Shown here: positions 22,600-37,696 of the stretch, piece after piece
Position numbering within the stretch: the stretch's first letter is position 1
How the letters are laid out: each line of letters begins with the position of its first letter
Origin: an uncultured Gaiellaceae bacterium
GTDB lineage: Bacteria > Actinomycetota > Thermoleophilia > Gaiellales > Gaiellaceae
Length of the DNA stretch: 64,000 nt
NCBI GenBank assembly: GCA_963820635.1
Contig: CAWGAN010000003.1
Coordinates: 583,459 to 647,458 of the forward strand
Reading direction: 5' to 3'
Position numbers and translations under genes: made by a program
The notes under the pieces: generated by a model
Seen by the model: only the letters and a program-made list of their open reading frames with translations
The model's database searches: none
What the model was told of the DNA's origin: nothing

Positions 22600-23220
22600 C
22601 AGCGCGACGGCAGCGACGAGCGAGGCGAGGCTGCGAAGCCAGCTCCAGCCGTGCACGACGCGCACGCCGATGACGAGCAACGCAAGCGACCACGCCGCCG
22701 CGCCGAGCTGGAGCCCGAGCAGCGCGACCTCTCCCGCACCCTCGTCCGCGCCTCCGCCGCGGAACGTGTCGCCGCCGTAGAGCGCGAGACGGAGCGGCAG
22801 CGTCAGGAGAATCGAGGCTGCGAGCGGCACGAGCGCGAAGCCGACCGTCTGCCGCGCGCGGCGAAAGTCGCCGAGGCTGCCGAGCAGCCGCACGCCGAAG
22901 TACACGGCGAAGCCGATGACGAAGTACCCGACCGAGCCGTAGATCCCACCCGCGATGAACGTCCAGATCGCGAGCAGGATGGCGTCGTATTCAGGGTTGT
23001 CGAGGAGATCGGCCGCGGTCGGCGTCGCAAGCACCGCGGCCATGCCGGCGAGCAGGATGATCGCGAGGAGCGGCTCGCCCCGTGCGGCGACGTCGTCCTC
23101 GTCGTCCTCGCGGAGCGCGAAGAACACCGAGCGCGGGCTCAGCAGCACGGCCGGAACGCGCAGCCACCAGGCGCGCGACGCAGACAGCTCGGCATGGGCC
23201 TCGACGGTCTCGCTCGCCAC
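22564..23220 (-). CDS. Yip1-domain multi-pass membrane protein
   Basis: Intact 218-aa ORF with about five hydrophobic helices and a Yip1-like N-terminus (LLSPRSVFFALREDDE...). Confidence 0.5.
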   Translation of the reverse strand: MASETVEAHAELSASRAWWLRVPAVLLSPRSVFFALREDDEDDVAARGEPLLAIILLAGMAAVLATPTAADLLDNPEYDAILLAIWTFIAGGIYGSVGYFVIGFAVYFGVRLLGSLGDFRRARQTVGFALVPLAASILLTLPLRLALYGGDTFRGGGADEGAGEVALLGLQLGAAAWSLALLVIGVRVVHGWSWLRSLASLVAAVALLAAIVGVFAMI

Positions 23221-23278
23221 GCGCGCAGCGTAGCCGCACCGGATTGAGCGACCAGCGGCATGACACTAGAGTTGGGCT

Positions 23279-26200
23279 GTGCCCGACACCGTTTCGTGCG
23301 CTGCCTGCGGATCCGCAAACGAAACAGGGCGGAAGTTCTGCGGCGAATGCGGTAGCCCGCTGTCGAGCGCCTGCCCTTCATGCGGCACGCCGAATGCTCC
23401 GGAAGTCAAGTTCTGTGGCGAGTGCGGGACGTCGCTCGCAGCGGCGGCAACACCTCCAGCCGCTCCGACGCCGGCTGCAGCCCCTGCAGCCGAGCGCCGC
23501 CTCGTCTCCGTCCTGTTCGCGGACCTCGTCGGCTTCACGGCCGCCTCCGAGGGACGCGACGCAGAGGACACCCGCGAGCTGCTCACCCGCTACTTCGAGC
23601 AGGCGCGCACGACCATCGAGCGCTACGGCGGCACGGTCGAGAAGTTCATCGGGGACGCGGTCATGGCCGTCTGGGGCGCACCCGTCGCGCAGGAGGACGA
23701 CGCCGAGCGCGCCGTCCGCGCTGCGCTCGACCTCGTCGCCGGTGTCCCCGACCTGGATGCGGCACTGAGCGCTCGCGCCGGGGTGCTCACCGGGGAGGCT
23801 GCCGTCACCGTCGGGGCCGAAGGGCAAGGCATGGTCGCCGGCGATCTCGTCAACACCGCCTCGCGCGTCCAGTCCGAAGCGGACCCGGGGAGCGTGCTCG
23901 TCGGGGACACGACGAAGCGCTCGTCCGAAGCAGCGATCGCGTACGTGAGCGCCGGCGAGCACGCAGCTGAAGGGGAAGAGCGAGCCGATGGCGTTGTGGC
24001 GTGCGCTCCGCGTCGTCGCTGCACGGAAAGGTGGGGGTCGCGCCGCAGGCCTCGAGGCGCCGTTCGTCGGACGCGAGCGCGAGCTCCGCCTCGCCAAGGA
24101 GCTCTTCCACGCGACCGCCGACGAGCGCCGCGCGCACCTCATCTCCATCGTCGCGGTGCCCGGCATGGGGAAGTCGCGCCTTGCCTGGGAATTCGAGAAG
24201 TACCTCGACGGCGTCCTGGAAACGGCGTGGTGGCACCGAGGGCGCTGTCTCGCCTACGGAGACGGGGTCGCCTACTGGGCGCTTGCGGAGATGGTCAGGA
24301 TGCGCGCGCGCATCGCCGAGGACGAATCTGCGGACGAGTCGCTCGCGAAGCTTTCCGCCGTCCTCTCCGAGATTCGTCGTCGATGCGGAAGAGCGGGCGT
24401 TCGTCGAGCCCCGGCTCCAGCACCTCCTCGGGCTGACGGATCGCGTCGCGCCGGACCGCGAGGACCTCTTCTCGGCGTGGCGTCTGTTCTTCGAGCGGAT
24501 GGCCGAAGCAGAACCCCGTGATCATGGTGTTCGAGGACATCCACTGGGCCGATGCCGCGCTCCTCGAGTTCGTCGAGTACCTGCTCGACTGGTCGCGCGC
24601 CTATCCCATCTACGTGATGACGTTGGCGCGTCCCGAGGTCTCGGAGAAGCATCCGGGTTGGGGTGCGCACATCCGCAACTACACCTCGCTCACGCTCGAG
24701 CCGCTGCGGGACGAGGCGATCGACGACCTCTTGCGCGGGCTCGTGCCTGGCCTGCCTGCGGACGCCGTGGAGCGGATCCGGACACGGGCAGACGGCACGC
24801 CGCTATACGCCGTCGAGACCGTTCGGATGCTCCTCGACCGTGGGCTGCTCAAGCGCGCGGAGGCCGGGTACGACGTCGCCGGCGACCTGGCCACGCTCGA
24901 CGTTCCCGAGACGCTGCACGCGCTGATCGCGGCGCGCCTGGACGGCCTCGAGCCGGACGAGCGACATCTGCTCCAGGACGCGGCGGTGCTCGGCAAGACA
25001 TTTGCACCGCGCGGGCTCGCTGCGATCGGTGGAACCGCGGAAGAGACGCTCGAGCCGCTCCTCTCCTCGCTCGTGCGCAAGGAGATGCTCGTGCTCGACT
25101 CGGATCCGCGCTCCCCCGAGCGCGGTCAGTACGGGTTCGTGCAGGCGCTGATCCAGCGTGTCGCGTACGAGACGCTGAGTCGGCGCGACCGGAAGGCCAA
25201 GCACCTCGCGGCGGCCGCGTATCTCTCAGGAGACTCGGGAATCGACTCGGACGAGATCGCCGAGGTGATAGCAGCACATCTTCTCGACGCCGTGCGCGCC
25301 GACCCGGACGGCGCGGACGCCGTCGAGGTCAAGGGACGAGCGCGTGAGTGGCTCGTGCGGGCAGCGGAACGTGCAGCCGCGCTCGCCGCACCCGAAGACG
25401 CACAGCGCGCGTTTGAGAGCGCGGTCGAGTTTGCCGACGACCCGCTCGAGCGCGCACGTCTCCTCGAACGCGCAGGCGAGCTCGCACGTGCCGCCGATCG
25501 GGTCGAGATGGCCGAGGCACATCTCCGCGCGGCGTTCGAGCTCTGCGAGGAGACAGGCGCGACCCACGACCGAGCGCGAATCGCAGCTGCTCTGGGTGGA
25601 GTGCTCTACCTCCGTGGAAGCACGGACGAGGGCCTCGAGCTCATGGAGGAGGCGTTCTCCGTGCTGGCCGAAGACGAGCGCGATGCCGACGTCGCGGCGC
25701 TGGCCGCCCAGCTCGGACGGCTGCACTTCTTCTCCGGGAATCGCGCCGCAGCCGCCGAGCGGGTCGAGCTCGCACTCGAGATCGCGGAGGAGCTCGGCCT
25801 GCCCGCCGTGCTCGCAAGCGCACTCAACACGAAGAGCCTCGTCCTCTTCCACAGGCCGCGCGAGTCCGAGGCGCTCCTGCGGCAGGCGCTCGCCATCGCT
25901 CTCGAAGCCGACCTCGTGAGCGAGGCGCTCCGCGCGTACAACAACATCCTCGTCGCGCTCGACAGCCTCGACCGCGTCGAGGAGATGCGGCCTGTCACGG
26001 AGGAGGCGCTCGCCCTCGCCCGTCGCCGCGGAGACCGTTTCTGGGAGACCCGCATGGCGGCAAACCTCATCGATGACTACCGGTTGCTCGGCAAGTGGGA
26101 CGAAGCCGTAGCGCTCGGTGAGACGCTCGACTTCGGCGGTGGCACGGCAGACGTCGGTCTCGCGGTCGCGGTGAGTAGCCTCCTCGAGATCGCGGTAGAC

Positions 26201-26805
26201 CGCGGCGACGAAGGTCAGGCGAGGTCGCTCGTCGCCCGCCTCCCGACGGATGTCGAGTCGGGCGATCAGCAGGCGCGTGGCCTCGCCGTGTATCGCCGTC
26301 AGATGGAGGCCGAGCTCGACGGCGAGTTCCAGCGCGCGCTCGCCGATGTCCACCTCGGAGTCCGACAGGCGCTGGAGGTGGTGAACGCGGGAATCATCGC
26401 CGCCCTCCTCGCCCGCGGGGCGCTGTATGCCCACGAAACCGGAGATCACGCGGCGGCGCTGGCCGCGGCGTCGGCGATGGACAGCCTGCCCGCGAACAGA
26501 CACACGCGCGCCATGGACTCACAGCTCTACCTGCTCCGCGCGAATGCAGCCGCCGCCGTCGGGGACGAAGCGGCTGCCGCCGAGGCGTTCGGCATCGCGC
26601 TCGCGAATGCCCGCAACCTGAACTACGGCTACTGGCTCGCGCCCGTCCTCTACGACTACGGACGCTGGCTCATCGCCACCCGGCGTGAGGAGGAGGGACG
26701 GCCGCTGCTCGACGAGGCGCGCGAGCTCTTCGAGCACATGGGCGCTACGTCCCGGCTCGAGCGACTCGACGCGCTGGCCGACACGACGCAAGTGACGACG
26801 CGGGC

Positions 26806-26809
<4 letters not shown>
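23279..26809 (+). CDS. Double zinc-ribbon / class III adenylate-guanylate cyclase / AAA (STAND-like) ATPase / TPR protein, apparent frameshifts
   Basis: [44 protein letters not shown] (zinc ribbons). [16 protein letters not shown]...[11 protein letters not shown] (cyclase). [16 protein letters not shown] and [12 protein letters not shown] (Walker A/B). A long TPR-like C-terminus follows. Frame breaks lie near 23975, 24385 and 24515. Confidence 0.8.
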
Positions 26810-29650
<2,841 letters not shown>

Positions 29651-29743
29651 AGGCGCGTCATTGTACCGAGGCGAACAGACGTTCGATAGCAGCTCTCTTG
29701 CTGAGTTGTCATTCTCCCCACGTCAGCTACTTGGAGGTGGGGA

Positions 29744-30100
29744 ATGGCAGATGCCGGAATCTTCATCGGCTGGGGCGAGGTAGTACGCGGCCGCGAAGCC
29801 GAGGCGGTCGAGACGTTCAACGCGATCATGGAGTACTTCGGTGGACTTCAGGCGGACGGGACGATCGAGAGCGTCGAGCCGGTCTTCCTGGAGCCGCACG
29901 GGGGCGATCTCCAAGGCTTCTTCTTCCTCCGCGGCGACGCGGAGAAGCTCGCGGTGCTGCGCGTCGACGACGAGTTCCAGTCGACGATCATCCGCGCTGG
30001 GCTCATCGTGGACAACGTCGGCGTCGTCGGCGCGAGCATGGGCGGGCGCCTGGAGCGCCTCATGGGCTCGTACACCGAGCAGATCGCCGCATTCGCGTAG
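29744..30100 (+). CDS. Hypothetical 118-aa cytoplasmic protein
   Basis: Intact ORF with a GGAGG RBS (MADAGIFIGWGEVVRGREAEAVETFNAIMEYFGG...). I recognise no family. Confidence 0.45.
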   Translation: MADAGIFIGWGEVVRGREAEAVETFNAIMEYFGGLQADGTIESVEPVFLEPHGGDLQGFFFLRGDAEKLAVLRVDDEFQSTIIRAGLIVDNVGVVGASMGGRLERLMGSYTEQIAAFA

Positions 30101-30122
30101 GCGGCTCAGCTACAAAGGCGGC

Positions 30123-30579
30123 GTGCGCATCCATCGCGTACGCCGCCTGCCTCCTCGCCGTGCTCGTGCTGCTCGCCGGCTGCGGCTCCGATGTCGACGT
30201 CGAGCTCGTCTGGGGAGGCCCACCGGACGCCGCGACGGGTGGCGCCGTCTCGACCGACGGGTTCTCGGGCTTCCAGCAGGAGGTCGACGAGGCGTGGGAA
30301 CGCTCGCCCGCGATGGCTGCAGGCGTGTTCCTGCGCCTCGACGAGCGCAAAGCGGTACGCACGACGATCGACGCGAAGGCCGGGCCGGAGGGAGGTGGCG
30401 GCCAGACCGTCGTCGTCACGCTCGACGGCATTCCAGACGACTCGGTTCGTACGGAACGCTGGACGCTCGGGTTCGAGGAGGCGGCCGACGGCGTCTACGC
30501 GCTCACCGGCGCGCTGCGGGAGCTGCGCTGCCACGAAGGACGCGGGCACCAGGGCTTCGCAGGCGAAGTCTGCCTCTGA
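30123..30579 (+). CDS. Putative lipoprotein, start inferred across an apparent frameshift
   Basis: VRIHRVRR (GTG 30123) shifts into LLAVLVLLAGCGSDVDVELVWGGPPD... This gives a positively charged n-region, a hydrophobic core and an LAGC lipobox. Confidence 0.4.
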
Positions 30580-30619
30580 GTGAACGCCGCCCGGCCCGAC
30601 GCGCTGCTTGGAGAACCTG

Positions 30620-30907
30620 TCAGGCCTTGCGCCAGCGGCCGAACACGAGGCCGCCGACCGTGAAGCCGAGCCCGAAGGTCCCGAGCGAGAATGCGCCGAC
30701 GGCGATCGTCTTGCGCCACAGCGACAGACGCCGCCAGCGGCTGATCGCCTCCTCGTCCTCGTTCGAGAGGGGCTCGCCACGCCTCTGCTTCCGAGCCGCT
30801 CCACCGGCCCGAAGCCCGAGATAGATGTCGTCGAACAGCTCCGGCGACTCTTCGGCCACGGCTCGAGTGTATAGCCTGCCCCGGCGGTGACCGCGCGGTT
30901 TCTCCAC
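30620..30907 (-). CDS. Small membrane-anchored protein (up to 95 aa)
   Basis: The ORF ends in the hydrophobic segment TIAVGAFSLGTFGLGFTVGGLVFG. The start is uncertain. Confidence 0.35.
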   Translation of the reverse strand: MEKPRGHRRGRLYTRAVAEESPELFDDIYLGLRAGGAARKQRRGEPLSNEDEEAISRWRRLSLWRKTIAVGAFSLGTFGLGFTVGGLVFGRWRKA

Positions 30908-31037
30908 CTCTCGACCAGCACATGAGCCATTCGGTCGCAGATGCCGCCACGGTCACGGTGCGAACCTTCTCCTGGGCAGGGACGAGGTTTCTGCAGGTCG
31001 GCGAGCGCCAGTTCCTGCGCCGCTAGAGTCCGCCGCC

Positions 31038-32528
31038 ATGGAGCAGCCCCTCGCCGAGCTCAAGGAGCGCCTGGGCAAGCTCACGGACCTCCGCCGCACC
31101 GAGGCAGTCCTGCTCTGGGACATGACGGTGTTCATGCCGCCCGGCGGGGCGCCGACGCGGGCGGCTCAGCTCGGGACGCTCGAGGAGATCGTCCACGCGC
31201 ACGTCGTCGACGAGCGGTTCGGCGAGCTGTTCGAGGAGCTCGAGCCGTACGCGAGCTCGCTTCCGCACGACTCCGACGACGCCTCCCTCATCCGGGTCGC
31301 GCAGCGCGACTGGAACCGTGCGCGCCGCGTGCCCTCCGAGCTCGCGGTCGAGTTCGCCAAGACGGCCGCCGAGTCGTACGAGGTGTGGGTCAAGGCGCGC
31401 GAGGAGTCGGACTTCGCAGCGTTCCGGCCCGTCGCTCGAGCGGATCGTGGATCTGCGCCGGCAGTACATCGAGTGCTTCGCGCCGTACGACGACGCGTAC
31501 GACGTGCTTCTCGAGGACTACGAGCCCGGGATGCGCACGTCCGAGATTCGCGAGGTCTTCTCGGTGCTCGGTCCCGAGCTCCGCGCACTCGTCGCCGAGC
31601 ACGCGACCGACGAGGACGACGCGTTCATGCGCGGGCCGTTCCCGATCGCCGACGCAGGAGGCGCTCTCACGCGAGCTGGTCGAGGCCTTCGGCGCGACCT
31701 GGGACCAGTTCCGCCTCGACAAGACGGTGCACCCGTTCGAGGTCACCTTCGGGCTCGGCGACATTCGCCTGACGAGCCGCTACGCGGAGGACGACCTCCT
31801 CTCGCTCTTCACCGCCATGCACGAGACCGGGCACGGCATCTACGAGTGGGGCGTCAGCCCGACACTCGAGCGAACGCCGTTGTGCGCCGGAGTCTCCGCG
31901 ACGCTGCACGAGTCGCAGAGCCGGCTCTGGGAGAACGTCGTCGGTCGCTCGCTCCCGTTCTGGCGCTGGTTCTACCCGCGACTGCAGGAGACGTTCCCGG
32001 GCCCGCTCGGCGACGTGTCGCTCGAGAGCTTCCACCGCGCCGTCAATCGCGTGCGCCGCTCGTTCGTCCGGGTCGACGCGGACGAGACGAGCTACGGGCT
32101 CCACGTCATCCTCCGCTTCGAGCTCGAGCAGGAGCTCATCTCGGGGCGGCTCTCCGTCGCCGATCTGCCCGGACGCGTGGAACACGCGTTTCGAGGAGCT
32201 CATGGGGATCTCGGTGCCGAACGACTCGCTGGGCGTCCTCCAGGACGCGCACTGGTCGGGAGGCGGCTTCGGGTACTTCCCGACGTATCTCCTCGGCACG
32301 GTGCTCTCGGTTCAGATCTGGGACAAGGCGCGCGCCGCGATACCCGACGTCGAGGAGCAGATCGAGCGCGGCGAGTTCGGCCCGCTGCACGCATGGCTGC
32401 GCGAGAACATCTACGCGCTCGGCCGCAAGCTCACGCCGGCGGAGACCGTCGAGCGGGTCGTCGGCGGCCCGATCGACCCGCAGCCCTACCTCGCGTATCT
32501 CCGCGACAAGCTCGCAGCGTCGAACTAG
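31038..32528 (+). CDS. Carboxypeptidase Taq-like metallopeptidase (M32), apparent frameshifts
   Basis: MEQPLAELKERLGKLTDLRRTEAVLLWDM..., HPFEVTFGLGDIRLTSRY, the zinc motif AMHETGHGIYE, HESQSRLWEN and DAHWSGGGFGYFPTYLLG. Frame breaks lie near 31430, 31650 and 32190. Confidence 0.85.
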
Positions 32529-33925
32529 ACGGCGAGCGCGAGGTCGGCGCCCCGCTCGCGCGCGAGCACGTCCGCAAGCGCCTCGACGCACGACCCGTAG
32601 AACAGCGTGTCCGCACCTTCTCGAAGATGCTCGAGCGCACGTTCGTGCGTCCAGGCCGGGCGGTACACGCGCTCCGAGATGAGCGCGTCGTAGACGTCGC
32701 AGACGGCCAGGATGCCCACGTCCAACGGGATCGGATCGCCCGCGACGGCGCGGCGGATAGCCCGATCCGTCGAGTCGCTCGTGGTGGCCGCGGACGAGCC
32801 GGTGCACCATCTCGGAGAACCCTCCGAGCTCGCGGAGCAGCGCGGCGCCCGAGTGGACGTGGCCCATCACGACGTGGAACTCCGCGCCCGTCAGAGGACC
32901 CGGCTTCTTGAGGATCGCGTCCGGCACCGTCAGCTTCCCGATGTCGTGGAGGAGGCCGCCGACCGCGAGGTCGCGGAGTCGCTCGGGCGCCAGTCCCAGC
33001 TCGTCGCCGACCTGCGCAGCGCGCAGTGCGACCCGGCGCGTGTGCTCCTCCGTGTACGCGTCCTTCTCGGCGAGCTCGACGAGGAGCGCACGGATGTGCG
33101 ACCCGAGGAACACCTCGGCGTCGGCCACGAGGTCGGCGCCCTTGAGATCTCCGAGCAATGGCCGCGAGCGAGCGACCCCGCGGCGCAGGTCGTGCGCGAC
33201 GGTGAAGCCCACCGCGGCGATCCCGACGATCTCGAAGCCGTGACCGAGCCACCAGCCGAGATTCCGGTAGTTGAGGAGAAGGGCTGCCGGAAGGGCCACG
33301 GCGAGCCACGCGATGCCGACGGCAACGAGGAGATCCGCACCACGCTGTGTGAGCCGATACGTGCGCAGCGCACGCCAGAAGAGCACGGAGTAGAACGCGA
33401 GCCCGGCGCACAGCACGATCCAGGCCGCGGGGCTCCGCGGACTCCGGAACCGCCGGCACCAACCCGGGCTGGGCGATCGCCGCGAAACCGAGGCCGAAGA
33501 TGAAGACGACGCCCGCCGCGAGCAGCCAGAGCAGCGGCTTGACGGCGGCGGGCCTCCGAACCGCCGAGAGCGCACCGAGCGCGAGGATCGCGCCGCCGAT
33601 CGGAAGCGTCGCGCCGCCCGTGAAGGCCGCCACGCCGATCTCCGTCGACGAACACGCCAGGCGTCGCGAGCCCGTGGAGGCAGAGCAGCGCCGCCATGAC
33701 GGAGAAGGCGCTCCCCACGAGAACGGCATAGCCGTCTCGCTGGCGCGCACCCGCGACCGTCAGTGCGACTGCGCAGACCGTCGCGACCCCCGCACCGACC
33801 GCGACCCCGGCGAAGTGGATCCAGCCGTCGATGAGGACCTTGTCGCGACCGACGAAGTGGAGAAGCGCTGCAGGCACGATCGCCGCGAACGCAGCCGCGG
33901 CGAGGAGCGGAATGCGAGTCGGCAC
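32525..33925 (-). CDS. Membrane-anchored HD-GYP phosphodiesterase-like protein, apparent frameshifts
   Basis: Multi-helix N-terminus (MPTRIPLLAAAAFAAIVPAALLHF...). HD-GYP core: HTRRVALRAAQVG...LLHDIGKLTVPDAILKKPGPLTGAEF..VMGHVHSGAALL...GHHERLDGSGYP...CDVYDALISERVYR. Confidence 0.8.
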
Positions 33926-33975
33926 TGACGATGTATCGGCACGAGGCCGACGATCTTCAACCCTGCGCGGGGGTG

Positions 33976-34251
33976 TTACGCGGCCTGGCCGAAGCGCTTC
34001 TCGGCGCGTGCGCGTGCGCGTGCCGCCTCGACTTCACGGTCGCGCGGCGACGCCGCCGTCACGAGGTCCGCGAGCAGATGCTGCGTCACATGCGCGATCT
34101 CGTCGACTGCACGCTCGAACACAGCTTCGTTCGCCTTCGACGGCTTGGTCGAGCCGCTCACCTTGCGCACGTACTGCAGCGCAGCGGCTCGGACTTCCTC
34201 GTCGGTCGCGGGCGGCTCGAAGTTGTGAAGCGTCTTGATGTTCCGGCACAT
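33976..34251 (-). CDS. DUF2277 family small protein
   Basis: MCRNIKTLHNFEPPATDEEVRAAALQYVRKVSGSTKPSKANEAVFERAVDEIAH... is the characteristic N-terminus of the family. Confidence 0.7.
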   Translation of the reverse strand: MCRNIKTLHNFEPPATDEEVRAAALQYVRKVSGSTKPSKANEAVFERAVDEIAHVTQHLLADLVTAASPRDREVEAARARARAEKRFGQAA

Positions 34252-34266
34252 GGTGTCCTCCCTTGG

Positions 34267-36273
34267 CTACGTCGTCTGTGCGAACGCCATCAGCTCGCGG
34301 CGCAGCTCCTTGATCTCGTCGCGGAGCTTCGCGGCGTACTCGAAGCGGAGCTCCTCGGCCGCAAGGTACATCTCCTCCTCGAGCGTGATGACGAGCTTCT
34401 CGAGCTCGTCCGGCGACATTCCCTCGACCTCGGCCTTGCCGCGTCGCCGCCGCGACGACGGAACGTGTGGAGACTCGAGCGACAGGAGCTCGGAGATGTC
34501 GGAGACGCCCTTGACGATCGACTCGGGCGTGATGCCGTGCTCCTCGTTGTAGGCGACCTGGATCGCGCGGCGACGTGACGTCTCCTCCATGGCGCCGATG
34601 ATCGCCTCGGTGCGCTTGTCGGCGTACAGGATGACCTTCCCTGCCGTGTTGCGGGCAGCGCGGCCGGTCGTCTGGATCAGCGCCGTCTTGCCGCGCAGGA
34701 AACCCTCCTTGTCGGCGTCGAGCACGGCGACGAGCGACACCTCGGGCAGGTCGAGCCCCTCGCGCAGGAGATTCACGCCGACGAGGACGTCGTAGTCGCC
34801 GAGGCGGAGCTCGCGGATGATCGCGATCCGGTCGAGCGTGTCGATCTCGGAGTGGAGGTAGCGCGCGCGGACACCGGCCTCGAGGAGGTAGTCGGTCAGG
34901 TCCTCGGACATCTTCTTCGTCAGCGTGGTGACGAGCACGCGTTCGCCAGCCTCCTCGCGATGGCGGATCTCGTTGAGGAGGTCGTCGATCTGGTTCTTCG
35001 TCGGGCGCAGCTCCATCTCCGGGTCGACGACACCCGTCGGACGAATGAGCTGCTCGGCGATCACCTTCGAGCGCGAGAGCTCGAACGCGCTCGGGGTGGC
35101 CGAGACGAAGACGAGCTGCTTCACCTTCCCGAGGAACTCGTCGAACCGAAGCGGGCGGTTGTCGAGCGCCGAGGGAAGTCGGAAGCCGAAGTCGATGAGC
35201 GTCTGCTTGCGCGAGCGATCGCCCTCGTACATCCCGCCGAGCTGCGGGATCGTCTGGTGCGACTCGTCGACGAAGCAGACGAAGTCGTCGGGGAAGTAGT
35301 CGATGAGCGTGAACGGGTGCGAGCCGACCGGACGGCCCTCGAGCGCTCGCGAGTAGTTCTCGATCCCGTTGCAGAAGCCGAGCTCCTTCATCATCTCGAG
35401 GTCGTACTCGGTGCGCTGGCGGATCCGGTGCGCCTCGAGCATCCGCCCCTCGGCCTCGAACTTCGCGACCTGCTGCTCGAGCTCTGCACGCAGATCGTCG
35501 ACCGCGCGCTCGATCGTCGGGCTCGAGGTGACGTACTCCGTCGCGGGCCAGATGACGAGGTTGTCCAGGTGCGAGTAGACCTCGCCGGTGAGGGAGTCGA
35601 AGTGCGTGATCTGCTCGACCTCGTCGCCGAAGAACGAGACGCGATAGGCCGTCTCGATGTTCGCCGGCTGGATCTCGACGAGATCGCCCTTCACCCGGAA
35701 GCGGCCGCGGCCGAGCACGGTGTCGTTGCGCACGTACTGGCTCTCGATGAGCTTACGGAGCACCTCGTCGCGGTCGTGCGTCTCCCCCACCTCGAGCATG
35801 AGCACTCGCTCGCGCCACTCCTCCGGCGAGCCGAGGCCGTAGATGCACGAGACGGACGCTACGACGACGACGTCGCGGCGGGTGAGGAGCGACGACGTGG
35901 CCGACAGCCGGAGCCTCGCGATGTCGTCGTTCCGCGACGAGTCCTTCTCGATGTAGAGGTCGGCCTGCGGGATGTACGCCTCGGGCTGGAAGTAGTCGTA
36001 GTACGAGACGAAGTACTCGACGGCGTTGTCCGGGAAGAACTCGCGGAACTCGTTGCAGAGCTGTGCCGCGAGCGTCTTGTTGTGCGCGATGACGAGCGCG
36101 GGGCGCTGAAGCTTCTCGATCGTCCAGGCCATCGTCGCCGTCTTGCCGGTTCCGGTCGCGCCGAGGATCGTCTGGAAGCGGTTTCCGGCGGAGACCGAAT
36201 CGGCGATCTCACCGATCGCGCGCGCCTGATCGCCCAGCGGCGAGTACAGATCGGAGGCCTTGAACGGGCGCAC
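34267..36273 (-). CDS. uvrB: Excinuclease ABC subunit B
   Basis: From GTG 36271-36273: [53 protein letters not shown]..., DESHQTIPQ, helicase motifs and the C-terminal UVR domain ([25 protein letters not shown]). The frame is intact. Confidence 0.95.
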   Translation of the reverse strand: MRPFKASDLYSPLGDQARAIGEIADSVSAGNRFQTILGATGTGKTATMAWTIEKLQRPALVIAHNKTLAAQLCNEFREFFPDNAVEYFVSYYDYFQPEAYIPQADLYIEKDSSRNDDIARLRLSATSSLLTRRDVVVVASVSCIYGLGSPEEWRERVLMLEVGETHDRDEVLRKLIESQYVRNDTVLGRGRFRVKGDLVEIQPANIETAYRVSFFGDEVEQITHFDSLTGEVYSHLDNLVIWPATEYVTSSPTIERAVDDLRAELEQQVAKFEAEGRMLEAHRIRQRTEYDLEMMKELGFCNGIENYSRALEGRPVGSHPFTLIDYFPDDFVCFVDESHQTIPQLGGMYEGDRSRKQTLIDFGFRLPSALDNRPLRFDEFLGKVKQLVFVSATPSAFELSRSKVIAEQLIRPTGVVDPEMELRPTKNQIDDLLNEIRHREEAGERVLVTTLTKKMSEDLTDYLLEAGVRARYLHSEIDTLDRIAIIRELRLGDYDVLVGVNLLREGLDLPEVSLVAVLDADKEGFLRGKTALIQTTGRAARNTAGKVILYADKRTEAIIGAMEETSRRRAIQVAYNEEHGITPESIVKGVSDISELLSLESPHVPSSRRRRGKAEVEGMSPDELEKLVITLEEEMYLAAEELRFEYAAKLRDEIKELRRELMAFAQTT

Positions 36274-36330
36274 CAGCCCAGCGTAGCCGCCGTGCCTCGG
36301 CTCTTCTCCCTCAGGTGGAACGAGCGCCAA

Positions 36331-36352
36331 TGTTGAGGGTTTCTTGAGCGGC
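36331..36352 (+). promoter_or_regulatory. Pair of 11-bp-phased TTGAG-type direct repeats upstream of the 36376 gene
   Basis: TGTTGAGggtt TCTTGAGcggc. The second heptamer ends 27 nt before ATG 36376. Confidence 0.5.
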
Positions 36353-36375
36353 CCGTCGGATCGTGAGGCGATCGG

Positions 36376-37696
36376 ATGGCTCTGCGATTCCTCATCTACG
36401 CCGCGTTCGCGGCACTCACGATCGGCTTCGCTCTGTCGCCGCTCGAGGGTTCGAGCGGAAAGCGAGTCGAGCCGACGCCCGAGGGCCGAGCCCCGACGCG
36501 GGCGGAGCTCGTGCCGGCAGTAGAGGCCGCATTCGCGCTCGAGAGCTACGCGCCGAACGAGACGGCGAAGCTCGTCATCTCGAATCGAGCGCGGGGAATC
36601 CGGCTGCAGATCTTCCAGTCCGGTCCCGAGAGCATCGTCACGCGCAGCAATCTCACGATGAACGGCGTGCCCGTGACGGAGACCCGATCGATCGGGTCTA
36701 GCGGCGGACAGCGGGTCGTCCGTGTGCAAGTCGGCGCGTGGCCGAGCGGTCTCTACTTCGCCCGGCTACGCGCCGCCGACGGACGCGTGGGCTTCGCGCC
36801 GTTCGTAGTCCGCCCGCGCTGGCTGGGCGTACACCGAGTCGCCGTCGTCCTGCCGACCCTCACGTGGCAGGCATACAACCTCCGCGACGAAGACGGCGAC
36901 GGCATCGGCGACTCCTGGTACGGAGACTGGAAGGTGAAGTCCGTTCGGCTCGGTCGCCCGTACCTGAGCCGTGGCGTGCCGTACAACTACCGCCGGTACG
37001 ACCTTCCCTTCCTCCACTGGCTCGCGCGAACGGGGAAGGATGTCGACGTTCTCTCGCAGTCCGACCTCGAATCGGCGCGCAGTGCGAGCGTCCTCGCCTC
37101 GGCCTACGACCTAATCGTCTTCCCCGGGCACCACGAATACGTCACGCTCCGGGAGTACGACCTCGTCGAGGGCTATCGCGACCTTGGAGGGAACCTGATG
37201 TTCCTCTCCGCGAACAACTTCTTCTGGCGTGTCGAGAAGCGAGGCGACGTTGTCACGAAGACGAGGCTCTGGCGCGACCTCGGACGTCCGGAGGCAATGT
37301 TGATCGGCGTCCAGTACCTGGCCAACGGCAAGGCGCCGCGTCGCCCGTGGATCGTCCGGAGCTCCCGCGCCGGGAGCTGGATCCTCGCCGGCACCGGCCT
37401 ACGTGCCGGATCGAAGCTGGGCCGCGGGGGTGTGGAGATCGACCGGCGCTCACCCGCGTCGCCCGCGGGACTCGAGGTGGTGGCCGAGATCCCGGATCTC
37501 TTCGGCCCTGGGATGACCGCACAGATGACCTACTACGAGACGAAGGGCGGCGCGAAAGTCTTCGCCGCGGGTGCCTTCTACTTCACGCGGCTCGCGCACG
37601 TCGACACGACGACGTCGCGCATTCTCGACAACCTGTGGGCGACGCCTCGCACGCCGGTGACCGTCGTGCGCATCGGCACTAGCATCCAGCGGGTGA
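36376..37696 (+). CDS. N,N-dimethylformamidase large-subunit-like (DUF6605-type) protein; 3' end inferred
   Basis: N-terminal hydrophobic segment, then VAVVLPTLTWQAYNLRDEDGDGIGDSWYG...DLIVFPGHHEYVTLREYD...GGNLMFLSANNFFWRV. The frame runs into the next gene. A GTGA junction at 37693-37696 would be restored by one indel. Confidence 0.5.
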